Part shown: positions 53,163-62,505 of the stretch, piece by piece
Layout of the letters: the number at the start of each line of letters is the position of its first letter
Numbering within the stretch: position 1 is the first letter of the stretch
Virus record (IMG/VR): IMGVR_UViG_3300033076_001354
Span: 64,001 to 128,000 of that record
Direction: 5' to 3' (one strand)
Length of the DNA: 64,000 nucleotides
Origin: a virus
Lineage: Duplodnaviria; Caudoviricetes
The notes under the pieces: generated by a model
Database searches by the model: none
The model's input: only the letters and a program-made list of their open reading frames with translations
What the model was told of the DNA's origin: nothing
Position numbers and translations under genes: made by a program

Positions 53163-54600
53163 GGTGCACCTTCGCAAGATCAATGAGACTTATCTCAAGG
53201 TCGAAGCCGAGCCGTCAGTCGTACAAGAGCTGTCGGACCAACTAACGTTTGAAGTTCCCGGTGCGAAGTTCATGCCGGCCGTCCGCAACAGGTTCTGGGA
53301 CGGAAAGATTCGCCTGCTCAACGCACTCACCGCGATCACGTACGCCGGATTGGTAGAAGAGATCCGAAGGTTTTGTAAAGCGCGCGACTATGAGTTCAGC
53401 GTCGACGACAGCCTCAAGCCCACGAAAAAGATCGACGAAGAGGAGACGATAGAGTTCCTCAAGTCTCTCAACTTAACCATGAAGCCGAGGGACTATCAGG
53501 TCGAAGCTTTTATGCGCGCGGTCAACAACGACCGAGGTGTATTCCTCTCGCCGACCGCGTCGGGCAAGTCATTCATCATCTATCTCATCGCTAGGTACTA
53601 CAATGCGCGCACTCTTATCATCGTACCAACTACTTCTCTTGTTTCTCAGCTTGCCTCTGATTTTGCTGACTATGGCTTCGACTCTTCCACTAACGTTCAT
53701 AGTGTATTCTCTGGACAGGACAAACGCTCGCCTAAGCCAATCACCATCTCAACTTGGCAGAGCATATACAAACTACCTAAGAGTTATTTCGAAGACTATG
53801 ACTTGATCATAGGCGACGAGGCGCACCAGTTCAAGGCGAAGTCGCTGACCACTATCATGGAGAAGATGGAGAACACGAAGTACAGGTTCGGGTTCACAGG
53901 CACGCTCGACGGATCGATGACGAACGAGATCACGCTGACCGGACTCTTCGGTCCAGTCTACAGGGTAACCACCACCAAGTCCCTGATGGACGACGGTAAA
54001 GTCGCGAAGCTCAACATCAAAGTCATCATACTAAAACACAAGAAAGAAGACAGGAAGCTCATCTCAAAGATGAACTATCAAGACGAGGTCGACTGGATAG
54101 TCTCCAATCCACTCAGAAACAAGTTCTTGAGAAACCTTACACTTTCTTCGGAGGGCAATACACTTTTATTGTTCCAGTTTGTTGACAAACACGGTAAACT
54201 GTTGTATGATAGCATTAAGTCGAAAGATCCGAACAGAAAGGTGTTCTTCATACATGGCGGCGTCGACGCAGAAGACCGAGAGAACGTCAGAAGAATCGTT
54301 GAGAGCGAGTCTAACGCTGTTATCGTGGCTAGCTTTGGGACCTTTTCTACCGGCATTAACATTCGCAACCTTCACAACATCGTACTTGCTTCTCCGTCAA
54401 AGTCAAGGATAAGGCTGCTCCAGTCGATTGGTCGCGGTCTTCGACTCTCTGAGACCAAAGACTCCGTGACTGTGTACGACATCGGCGACGACCTTCGCCA
54501 CGGCGACCGGACCAACTACACTCTCCAGCACTTGACAGAGCGCATGGAGATCTATAACTCTGAAGATTTTGAATATAAAATTTATACGGTGGACTTATGA
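53155..54600 (+). CDS. uvsW: DNA helicase UvsW (GTG start 53155)
   Basis: WDGKIRL, SPTASGKS, DEAH, QSIGRGLR. Confidence 0.93.
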   Translation: MDKVHLRKINETYLKVEAEPSVVQELSDQLTFEVPGAKFMPAVRNRFWDGKIRLLNALTAITYAGLVEEIRRFCKARDYEFSVDDSLKPTKKIDEEETIEFLKSLNLTMKPRDYQVEAFMRAVNNDRGVFLSPTASGKSFIIYLIARYYNARTLIIVPTTSLVSQLASDFADYGFDSSTNVHSVFSGQDKRSPKPITISTWQSIYKLPKSYFEDYDLIIGDEAHQFKAKSLTTIMEKMENTKYRFGFTGTLDGSMTNEITLTGLFGPVYRVTTTKSLMDDGKVAKLNIKVIILKHKKEDRKLISKMNYQDEVDWIVSNPLRNKFLRNLTLSSEGNTLLLFQFVDKHGKLLYDSIKSKDPNRKVFFIHGGVDAEDRENVRRIVESESNAVIVASFGTFSTGINIRNLHNIVLASPSKSRIRLLQSIGRGLRLSETKDSVTVYDIGDDLRHGDRTNYTLQHLTERMEIYNSEDFEYKIYTVDL

Positions 54601-55163
54601 ATAAACCAGTGCCTAAACACTACGTCGACAACAAGAAGTTCTTTACCGAGATCATTCACTATAAGCAGAAGTGTTTAGAAGCGGCGAGTCTCAAGCAGGA
54701 GAAGCCGCGCATCCCGCCGTACATCGGTGAGTGCCTGTATAAAATCGCGTTTCGCCTGTCGCTCAAGCCTAACTTCGTGAACTACACCTTCCGCGAAGAC
54801 ATGGTCGCCGACGGCCTCGAGAAGTGCATCGCGTACTTCGATAACTTCGATCCTGAGAAGTCGAGCAACCCGTTCGCGTACTTCACGCAGATCATCTACT
54901 ACGCGTTCTTGGCAAGGATCAACGGTGAGAAGAAGCACCTATACATAAAACAGAAGACCCTCGAGAACTTCTACTTCGAGGGCATGCTCGCTGAGCAGGG
55001 CATGGACGGCGATGAGCGCGCGGTCAACGTCGACCTAGACAATGAGTACATGAAGAACCTCGTGTCTTCCTACGACAAGAAGCAGGAAGAGAAGAAAGCA
55101 AAGATCAAGGCGAAGAAGAACGCCGGCAACTTAGATAAGTACTTTGGTGAGTTACCTGAATGA
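54597..55163 (+). CDS. Late-transcription sigma factor gp55
   Basis: HYVDNKKF, YIGECLYKIA, PNFVNYTFREDMV, NPFAYFTQI. Confidence 0.92.
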   Translation: MNKPVPKHYVDNKKFFTEIIHYKQKCLEAASLKQEKPRIPPYIGECLYKIAFRLSLKPNFVNYTFREDMVADGLEKCIAYFDNFDPEKSSNPFAYFTQIIYYAFLARINGEKKHLYIKQKTLENFYFEGMLAEQGMDGDERAVNVDLDNEYMKNLVSSYDKKQEEKKAKIKAKKNAGNLDKYFGELPE

Positions 55164-56230
55164 AGATCGCACTTATAACGGACACACACTGGGGAATCAG
55201 AAACGACTCTCCGGTGATGCTGAGCCAGATGAAGAAGTTTTTAGATGAAGTATTTTTCCCTGTCATCGATCGAGATAACATTGATACTGTTATTCATCTT
55301 GGGGATCTTGTTGATCGCCGCAAGTACATTAATTATGTGACGGCGAAGCGCCTGCGCGACGACTTCCTTGAGCCTCTTCGTCAGCGCGACATCGACGTAC
55401 ACATCATCGCCGGCAACCACGATACATACTTCAAGAACACGAACGACGTCAACAGTCTTCGTGAGCTTCTTGACGGCAAGTACTACAACTTCAACATCTA
55501 CGACAACGTCGCCGCCGAGATGATCTTTGAAGATAAGACTAAGATCTTTATGCTCCCGTGGATCTGTGACGAGAATCGCGAGCAGTGCATGAAGGCGATC
55601 GACGAGACGACTGCTCCGATACTGATGGGACACTTGGAGCTCAACGGGTTTGAGATGTACAGGGGACAGGTGAATGAACACGGCGATGATCCTAAGCTCT
55701 TTGATAAATTCGATCTTGTATGTTCTGGTCATTATCATACTCGTTCCTCTCGCTCTAACATTCACTACCTTGGCACTCCTGCTCAATATACTTGGTCTGA
55801 TTATGGGGACACTAAGGGCTTTTATGTTCTGGATACAGAAACTAGAGGGTTGACATTTATTGAAAACCCGTATAAGATCTTCTATAAGTTTCACTACGAC
55901 GACATCAACAAGCAGATGGACGAAGTCATAGTGTTCGACGCTGCGCAGTACAAAGACACCTACGTCAAAGTCATCGTAAAGAACAAGACCAACCCGTACT
56001 GGTTCGACCTCGTCATCGATAAGATCGAGAAGGCTGGACCCGCGGACATACAGATCGTTGAAGATCACCTCAACTTGAACCTCGAAGACGACACCGACAT
56101 CGTCAACGAGGCCGAAGACACCATCACCATCATCCGCAAGTTCGTCGACTCGATGAACGTAAATACTGACAAGAAGCGCGTTGAGAACATCATCCAGTCA
56201 CTATACATTGAAGCGCACGAGATAGAATGA
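55160..56230 (+). CDS. Recombination endonuclease subunit gp47 (Mre11/SbcD-like)
   Basis: TDTHWG, GDLVDRRK, GNHD, SGHYH. Confidence 0.93.
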   Translation: MKIALITDTHWGIRNDSPVMLSQMKKFLDEVFFPVIDRDNIDTVIHLGDLVDRRKYINYVTAKRLRDDFLEPLRQRDIDVHIIAGNHDTYFKNTNDVNSLRELLDGKYYNFNIYDNVAAEMIFEDKTKIFMLPWICDENREQCMKAIDETTAPILMGHLELNGFEMYRGQVNEHGDDPKLFDKFDLVCSGHYHTRSSRSNIHYLGTPAQYTWSDYGDTKGFYVLDTETRGLTFIENPYKIFYKFHYDDINKQMDEVIVFDAAQYKDTYVKVIVKNKTNPYWFDLVIDKIEKAGPADIQIVEDHLNLNLEDDTDIVNEAEDTITIIRKFVDSMNVNTDKKRVENIIQSLYIEAHEIE

Positions 56231-57942
56231 TCTACTTCAAAGCAATCCGCTGGAAAAACTTTCTGTCCACTGGAAACGCCTTCACCGAGATACAGTTGAA
56301 TAAGTCGGACACCAGCCTCATCGTAGGTGAGAACGGTGCTGGCAAGTCGACTCTTCTCGATGCATTGTCGTTTGTACTGTACAACAAACCTTTCCGCAAA
56401 GTCAATAAACCTCAGCTCATGAACTCGATCAACAAGAAAGATATGTTGGTCGAGATCGACTTCGACATCGGCTCAAACCGATACCACATCAAGCGCGGCA
56501 TGAAGCCAAACTTGTTCGAGGTTCACCAGAACGGTAAGCTGCTGAACCAAGAAGCTGCCGACCGCGACTATCAGACGGTGCTTGAGAAGCAGATCCTCAA
56601 GCTCAATCACAAGAGCTTTTGTCAAGTCGTCGTGCTCGGCTCGGCGTCGTTCGTCCCGTTCATGGAGCTTCCAGCCGGTCAGCGACGCGAGGTGATCGAA
56701 GACTTGCTCGACATTCAGATCTTTTCGGTGATGAACTCACTGCTCAGGGAAAAGATCTCGAGTAATAACACCGCACTTACCAAGGTTGAGTACGACTGCG
56801 ACTTGACTTCTGAGAAGATCAAGATGCAGACGCAGATCATCGAGAGCACCAAGCTTCTCAACGACACCTACGTCGCGAAGCTCAAAGAGGAGCTAAACAA
56901 GAACACCGCAAGGATCGAGGAGGAGCGCGATGTTGTTAAGCAGCTCAGCGAGAAAGCAGTATCCCTTAAGGCCGAGATCGAAGACCAAGAGTCGATCAGC
57001 GAGCGTCAAAAAAAGCTACAGCGACTGGAAGTACAACTCGCTGATAAAGTTGCCAAACTCACGGCTGACATCGAGTTCTTTTCTTCACACGATAGCTGTC
57101 CTACATGCAAGCAGGACATTGACCATACCTTTAAGTGTGAGACTGTCGGTGATAAACAAGGCCAAGTTCAAGAAACACGGGACGCGATCGATAAACTACA
57201 AGTGGAGATCACGCGAGTTCTTGATAGGCTACAATCCATCGCACGGGTGGCTGCTGACATTAATTCAGTGAACATTGAGATCATAACGAAGAACAGTACG
57301 ATCAACAACCTCATCGATCAGTGTAAGTCGCTCGCGGCTAAGATCAAAGAAACTCAGGAGTACAACGACAAGCTTGTGATCGACGACAGCGTCATGAAGG
57401 AGCTCGAGCGAACCCTCGGTAAACTCTCAGACGACAAGGCAGAGCTGCTGCGCGACAAAGACGCGCTCAACGTCGCGTCGATCATCCTCAAGGATACCGG
57501 CATCAAAGCTAAGATCATCAAGCAGTACGTGCCGGTCATCAACCGACTCATCAACAAGTACTTGTCGGCGATGGACTTCTTCGTCAACTTCGAGATGGAT
57601 GAGAACTTCGAGGAAAAGATCAAGTCGCGATTCCGCGATGAGTTCTCATACTCATCGTTCTCAGAGGGCGAGAAGATGAGGATCAATCTGGCGATCTTGT
57701 TCACGTGGCGAGCGATCGCCAGACTGCGCAACAGCGCGTCGACAAACTTATTGATCATGGACGAGGTGCTCGACGGATCACTCGACTCAAACGGTACCGA
57801 CGAGTTCCTCAAGATCATCAACAACCTGACGCTCGATACGAACACGTTCATCATCAGCCACAAGGTCGACCAGATGATGGATAAGTTCGCCAACGTCATC
57901 AAGTTTGAAAAGCACAAGAACTTCAGCAGGATAGCAGCATGA
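56227..57942 (+). CDS. Recombination ATPase subunit gp46 (Rad50/SbcC-like)
   Basis: GENGAGKS, CPTC zinc hook, FSEGEK, LIMDE. Confidence 0.94.
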   Translation: MIYFKAIRWKNFLSTGNAFTEIQLNKSDTSLIVGENGAGKSTLLDALSFVLYNKPFRKVNKPQLMNSINKKDMLVEIDFDIGSNRYHIKRGMKPNLFEVHQNGKLLNQEAADRDYQTVLEKQILKLNHKSFCQVVVLGSASFVPFMELPAGQRREVIEDLLDIQIFSVMNSLLREKISSNNTALTKVEYDCDLTSEKIKMQTQIIESTKLLNDTYVAKLKEELNKNTARIEEERDVVKQLSEKAVSLKAEIEDQESISERQKKLQRLEVQLADKVAKLTADIEFFSSHDSCPTCKQDIDHTFKCETVGDKQGQVQETRDAIDKLQVEITRVLDRLQSIARVAADINSVNIEIITKNSTINNLIDQCKSLAAKIKETQEYNDKLVIDDSVMKELERTLGKLSDDKAELLRDKDALNVASIILKDTGIKAKIIKQYVPVINRLINKYLSAMDFFVNFEMDENFEEKIKSRFRDEFSYSSFSEGEKMRINLAILFTWRAIARLRNSASTNLLIMDEVLDGSLDSNGTDEFLKIINNLTLDTNTFIISHKVDQMMDKFANVIKFEKHKNFSRIAA

Positions 57943-58208
57943 CAACAGAAGATAAATTGAAAGCTTATAAGGACGGGTTCAAAGACGGATTCGCCGAGGG
58001 ATACAAGCAAGCCAAAGCCGACGATGATCCACTCACCCCATATTACAGTGATCCACTCGCCCCGCATAGGAAAGCGTTGAAAGACTATCAACCACAGAAC
58101 TGGACTTCGTGTCAAGTGTGCGGTAGGACTGGCGTCAGCGCGGTGGTGTGCACATATCCAAGTTGTCCTAGCCGTGCATACTGCATTGCAGACAAACCCG
58201 GAATGTAA
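57939..58208 (+). CDS. Hypothetical protein with Cys cluster
   Basis: YKDGFKDGFAEGY and CQVCG...C...C; ATGA coupling. Confidence 0.55.
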   Translation: MTTEDKLKAYKDGFKDGFAEGYKQAKADDDPLTPYYSDPLAPHRKALKDYQPQNWTSCQVCGRTGVSAVVCTYPSCPSRAYCIADKPGM

Positions 58209-58211
58209 ATC

Positions 58212-58715
58212 ATGAAAGAAATCGTAAAGTTTCCAAGCCCTATATTAAGAATGCCGACGCGTCGTTTCGACTTCGTCAACCCAGAAGTTGATCCGCACGA
58301 GCTCGTGCAGGAGATGCTTCAGGTTATGAACGACCATAAGGGCATAGGTCTTTCGGCGAATCAGATCGGCTACAACCTACGCGTATTCGTGATGCGTGGT
58401 TTAGAACAGAACTACGCCTGCTTCAACCCAAAGATCGTGAGCTTCGGTGAAGGCACGAACGTCCTTGAAGAGGGCTGCCTATCTTTTCCCGGACTGAACG
58501 TAAAGATCAAGCGATTCAACAGCCTGCGCCTGAGGTTCCAGACCGCGTCCGGCGGTGTGGATACACTCAACGTTTCAGGTCTGACGGCCCGCGTCGTTCA
58601 GCACGAGATCGATCACCTAGATGGATACGAGTTCTTCAATCGCGCGAATAAGTTTCATCGCGACAAAGCATTTAAGAAGCAGAAGGAATACTTAAATGGA
58701 ACTAGATCAGCATAA
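58212..58715 (+). CDS. def: Peptide deformylase
   Basis: GIGLSANQIG, EGCLS, QHEIDH signature motifs. Confidence 0.93.
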   Translation: MKEIVKFPSPILRMPTRRFDFVNPEVDPHELVQEMLQVMNDHKGIGLSANQIGYNLRVFVMRGLEQNYACFNPKIVSFGEGTNVLEEGCLSFPGLNVKIKRFNSLRLRFQTASGGVDTLNVSGLTARVVQHEIDHLDGYEFFNRANKFHRDKAFKKQKEYLNGTRSA

Positions 58716-58983
58716 GCGTCCTGGAATCAGGATCAAAGACTTCTTCGTGACTTTCGCCGACGGTGACTTCGTCTTGGAGAACGAAGATGGAACGCTCAGT
58801 TTAGCGGTTGACATTTTCCGCATCGATGGTAATAATAACTTACATGAAGTCGATGCGAAGATCAAAGACGCCGAACTCGAGTCTATCAGGCCTGAGATCG
58901 AAGCTTGGGTCAACGCCGCTCTCGAAGCAGCAATTCAAGATGCCGAGCAAGTCATCGAAGAACATGAAGGCAAGCAAGAGTGA
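58696..58983 (+). CDS. Hypothetical acidic protein
   Basis: AAGGA SD; fills gap in operon. Confidence 0.55.
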   Translation: MELDQHKRPGIRIKDFFVTFADGDFVLENEDGTLSLAVDIFRIDGNNNLHEVDAKIKDAELESIRPEIEAWVNAALEAAIQDAEQVIEEHEGKQE

Positions 58984-59519
58984 ACATATTCTACATCAGT
59001 GAAGACCCGTTCGAAGCCGCTCAGATGATGGTCGACAAGCACGTCGTCAAGATGATCCTCGAGTCTGCGCAGCTTCTTTCAACCGCGCATCGCATCATCG
59101 ACGGCGAGGAGTTCGTCGGCCAGTCTCTGTCCGGTAGAAAAGCTAAGCGCTGGCGATTGCCCGATCAGCGCGACGCGGTTCTGTATCAAGCCACACACAT
59201 CAACCACCCATCGGCGGTCTGGTGCCGTGAGACTTCCGAGAACTACTACTGGCTGTTCAGGCACTTCGCCGCTCTGATGGCCGAGTACACTTATCGCTAC
59301 GGCAAGAAGCACAAGTGCGACGGACCTCTGTCGGTCTCGCTGATGCAGGCTCCCCTCGGAATCACCAAAGGCAAGATGACGAAGATGCCGTCGGCGATGG
59401 ACGATCAGTACAAGATCAGTGAAGACCCATTGACAAACTACAGAAATTATTATAAGATCGGTAAATCTAGAATGCACAGATGGACCAAACGACAACCTCC
59501 GGAATGGATAGCAGCATGA
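58980..59519 (+). CDS. Pyrimidine-dimer DNA glycosylase/DenV-related family protein
   Basis: MNIFY...DKHVVKMILESAQLLSTAH, HINHPSAVW, EYTYRYGKKH. Confidence 0.7.
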   Translation: MNIFYISEDPFEAAQMMVDKHVVKMILESAQLLSTAHRIIDGEEFVGQSLSGRKAKRWRLPDQRDAVLYQATHINHPSAVWCRETSENYYWLFRHFAALMAEYTYRYGKKHKCDGPLSVSLMQAPLGITKGKMTKMPSAMDDQYKISEDPLTNYRNYYKIGKSRMHRWTKRQPPEWIAA

Positions 59520-59917
59520 GCAAAGATTGGGTAGACGACATCTTTAAGATGCACCAGTACTACGGTGTACATCCAAAGATCAATGATATGAACAACGAGA
59601 CTCTCAAGACGTTCTTGGAGTTTCGCAAGTTCTTTCTTCAAGAAGAACTCGACGAGTTGAAGAACGCCGAGAGCGCCGAAGACGTGGTCGACGCGTTGAT
59701 CGACCTCTGCGTCGTAGCGATCGGTACTCTCGATGCGTTCGGTGTCAACTCGTACGAAGCTTGGGACGAAGTTCTACGGGCAAACATGTCTAAGCAGACC
59801 GGTGTCAAAGCTTCCAGACCTAATCCTCTGGGACTTCCAGATTTGATCAAGCCCGAGGGTTGGGTCGGTCCGGATCACTCTGGAAACCATGGAAACCTTA
59901 CAAAAATCTTTGGTTGA
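59516..59917 (+). CDS. MazG/PRA-PH-like NTP pyrophosphohydrolase (start ATG 59516)
   Basis: EELDEL...DALID, V.RANMSK, KPEGW. Confidence 0.8.
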   Translation: MSKDWVDDIFKMHQYYGVHPKINDMNNETLKTFLEFRKFFLQEELDELKNAESAEDVVDALIDLCVVAIGTLDAFGVNSYEAWDEVLRANMSKQTGVKASRPNPLGLPDLIKPEGWVGPDHSGNHGNLTKIFG

Positions 59918-59942
59918 CATTTTAATCTAGATTTGATATACT
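59914..59942 (+). promoter_or_regulatory. Sigma70-type promoter, probably giving a leaderless mRNA
   Basis: TTGACA-17 bp-TATACT with TGn; ATG 59949 starts 7 nt downstream with no SD. Confidence 0.7.
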
Positions 59943-59948
59943 TGGATT

Positions 59949-60215
59949 ATGAAACGAGAACTCTTCGACACCCAAGTACTTCAGAGTCTAGATAAACTGA
60001 CTCTCGATCAAGCGCGCGAGACCGCTCTCGGCCTCGTTGATAAGATGCCTAAGAAGTCGATCAATCAAGCGACTTCCGTCAATCGCATCACACACGACTT
60101 AAACAAAGCAAAAACGCCCGCAGAAGTAGCCCGAATCATGTATCAGGTCTACCTCTCGGGCGTTGGTCTTGGTACAGTCGGTTCAGCATGGAAGAAGCAC
60201 TATGACAACGTTTAG
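59949..60215 (+). CDS. Hypothetical protein
   Basis: 88 aa ORF directly after promoter. Confidence 0.65.
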   Translation: MKRELFDTQVLQSLDKLTLDQARETALGLVDKMPKKSINQATSVNRITHDLNKAKTPAEVARIMYQVYLSGVGLGTVGSAWKKHYDNV

Positions 60216-60648
60216 TACGACTGCCGAACTCATTGGTGACATCGGTGAAGTTGTAGTTCAAGAATTCTTCAATTCTACTCGAAGCGTATATAAGTACGAC
60301 GCCGAGAAAGACGGCACGATCGAACAGATGAAGTACGCGGTCAAAACTTTCCGACTAAATAAGTCGACCCGCGGATTCTGGATGAGCGACAATAAGACGA
60401 AGATTATGTGGAAGAACGTCGACGCGGCTGATCTCCTCTTCTTTATTCGAGTTCCAGAAACCATCAACGATCCCGCTGAGTTGTACTTAGCGATCGACCA
60501 TCGCAATAGCTACAACATGGTCTCAACGAATTCTGGAATCCCATGTAGAAACTACCCGTTGACAAAATGTTTAAAGCTGTGTAATATAACAGAAGATCGT
60601 TCGCGTATGTTGTACGAGAACTCAGTTCAGCTCAGGAGAGTGGCGTGA
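60202..60648 (+). CDS. Hypothetical protein, possible PD-(D/E)XK nuclease fold (start ATG 60202)
   Basis: GDIGE..V...KDG....YAVKT pattern (degenerate). Confidence 0.4.
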   Translation: MTTFSTTAELIGDIGEVVVQEFFNSTRSVYKYDAEKDGTIEQMKYAVKTFRLNKSTRGFWMSDNKTKIMWKNVDAADLLFFIRVPETINDPAELYLAIDHRNSYNMVSTNSGIPCRNYPLTKCLKLCNITEDRSRMLYENSVQLRRVA

Positions 60649-61040
60649 CAGATAAAGAATCCGTGAAAGTGCTTCAAGAGTGCATCGACCTGCAGCTCAA
60701 GAAGTCCCAAGACTATCAGAACCCGAACTCAAACGTAGTTCAAGCCATGCACTATCGTCGCGGCATCGACACGATCCACGATACTCTGCAGGGCAAGCTG
60801 TATCGCGCTCAGTCTTTGCTTGAGTCCGGTCGAGCCGACAGCGCGAACTTTGAGTCGCTCGAAGATACCTACAAAGACTTGATCAACTACGCTTCGTTCG
60901 CAGTTGCTTGGCTGCGCGGCGGCATCGAGGGTCAGAACCCAGATCGCGACATCTTCAACAGAAATAAAGTCACGCCGCCCATCAGTACAAATCCAGCTTG
61001 GCGCGACTTCACTCCAGAAGAACTGGCGAACCGCAAATGA
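60645..61040 (+). CDS. DUF1599-like nucleotide-modification-associated helical protein
   Basis: KKSQDY ... ESLEDTYKDLINYA. Confidence 0.65.
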   Translation: MTDKESVKVLQECIDLQLKKSQDYQNPNSNVVQAMHYRRGIDTIHDTLQGKLYRAQSLLESGRADSANFESLEDTYKDLINYASFAVAWLRGGIEGQNPDRDIFNRNKVTPPISTNPAWRDFTPEELANRK

Positions 61041-61699
61041 GATACCTCAACGCAATGAGCATCGACGACATACGCAGAGTCTTTACATGGCGTCTACAAG
61101 ATAATGAGTTCGTGACTGATAAGTCAGGCGTCAAGATGCTCGAGATCATGAACGCCAGCTTCATCGCAGATCAACCAGCGATCTTTGGCACAGTCAATGA
61201 AGACTACGTCAAGCGCGAGCTTGAGTGGTACGAGTCGATGTCGCGCAATGTCAACGATATTCCCGGCGGGCCTCCAGCAATCTGGCAGCAAGTCGCGAGC
61301 GAGAACGGCGAGATAAACTCGAACTACGGCTGGTGCATCTGGTCAGACGCGAACTACGCGCAGTACGACAACGTCGTCGCTGAGCTGCAGCGCAACCCTG
61401 AGTCTCGACGCGCGACCATGATCTATACGCGTCCGAGCATGTGGCTCGACTACAGCCGCGACGGCATGAGCGACTTCATGTGCACGAACACTGTGCAGTA
61501 TATGATTCGCGGCGATCGCCTGCACGCTCTTGTGTACATGCGATCCAACGACGTGGTGTTTGGATATAAGAACGATCGCGCTTGGCAGAAGCACGTGCAC
61601 GATCTCCTCTGCGATGAGCTCGGCTACGAGCCGGGACACATCTATTGGAATGTCGCCTCGCTTCATGTGTATGAGAGGCACTTCGACCTTGTCAAGTGA
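61037..61699 (+). CDS. dCMP hydroxymethylase (T4 gp42-like, thymidylate synthase fold; start ATG 61037)
   Basis: INSNYG, DGMSDFMCTNTVQY, MRSNDVVFGYKND: Asp at the position that confers dCMP specificity in gp42. Confidence 0.85.
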   Translation: MRYLNAMSIDDIRRVFTWRLQDNEFVTDKSGVKMLEIMNASFIADQPAIFGTVNEDYVKRELEWYESMSRNVNDIPGGPPAIWQQVASENGEINSNYGWCIWSDANYAQYDNVVAELQRNPESRRATMIYTRPSMWLDYSRDGMSDFMCTNTVQYMIRGDRLHALVYMRSNDVVFGYKNDRAWQKHVHDLLCDELGYEPGHIYWNVASLHVYERHFDLVK

Positions 61700-62192
61700 T
61701 AGGTGGCTGGAACACTACTTCAATCTCGCGAAGCAGGTGGCGAGCTGGTCTAAAGACCCGAGCACCAAAGTGGGTGCGGTGGCCGTAGGCAAACACGGAC
61801 AGATCGCTTCGCAGGGATACAACGGCTTTCCGCGTGGAATCAAAGACACGGAAGCTAGGCTGAGCGATCGCGGACAGAAGTATAAGTTCGTCGTTCACGC
61901 CGAGATGAACTGCATCTACAACGCGACGTTGAACGGAGTCAGTCTTGATAATGCAGATCTTTATGTGTTTGGCCTTCCTGTGTGTTCTGAATGCGCTAAG
62001 GGAGTCATCCAAGTAGGTGTCAAACGGGTGTACATGTGCTACCCCACGACGATTCCTGAGAAGTGGAAAGAATCGTTCGAACTATCAGCGAGCATGTTGT
62101 ATGAAGCGGGCGTCGGATTTAGCATCTATGAAAAAGATCTTAGTAGTTGGAATGAACCCATCAAATACACCGGGAACGGTGACGGGCGTTGA
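61689..62192 (+). CDS. dCMP deaminase (TTG start 61689)
   Basis: SKDPSTKVGA, GYNGFPRG, HAEMN, PVCSECAK. Confidence 0.9.
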   Translation: MSSDRWLEHYFNLAKQVASWSKDPSTKVGAVAVGKHGQIASQGYNGFPRGIKDTEARLSDRGQKYKFVVHAEMNCIYNATLNGVSLDNADLYVFGLPVCSECAKGVIQVGVKRVYMCYPTTIPEKWKESFELSASMLYEAGVGFSIYEKDLSSWNEPIKYTGNGDGR

Positions 62193-62505
62193 GCGAAAGA
62201 ACACTACGTTCGATAAGCTTCACAAGTGGTTCACCTATTCTGGTGTTCAGTATTTCTCTTTCGTAAATACAACCGACAAGCGCGGTGAGATAAAAGCTTC
62301 AGACATAGATTGGGATACACTCAAGCTGTGTCTAGAAGGTCACACCAAAGTTATTGCTCTCGGTGGGTTCGCCTCGAGCGCGCTGAAGAGGCTAAATATA
62401 CAGCATCACAAACTTCCGCACCCGTCCCCACGAAACAGGAAGTTCAACGACGCGTCCTACGAGCCTATGGTTATGAAAGAATTGAAAAGGTACATTAGAA
62501 AATGA
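62128..62505 (+). CDS. Uracil-DNA-glycosylase-superfamily protein (start ATG 62128)
   Basis: ILVVGMNPS motif 1, VIALG, LPHPSPRN motif 2. Confidence 0.7.
   Translation: MKKILVVGMNPSNTPGTVTGVERKNTTFDKLHKWFTYSGVQYFSFVNTTDKRGEIKASDIDWDTLKLCLEGHTKVIALGGFASSALKRLNIQHHKLPHPSPRNRKFNDASYEPMVMKELKRYIRK

Noticed and set aside
60998-61699. Ordinary thymidylate synthase call
   Set aside because: Matches T4 gp42 motifs (DFMCTN, FG..ND with Asp) and lies next to agt
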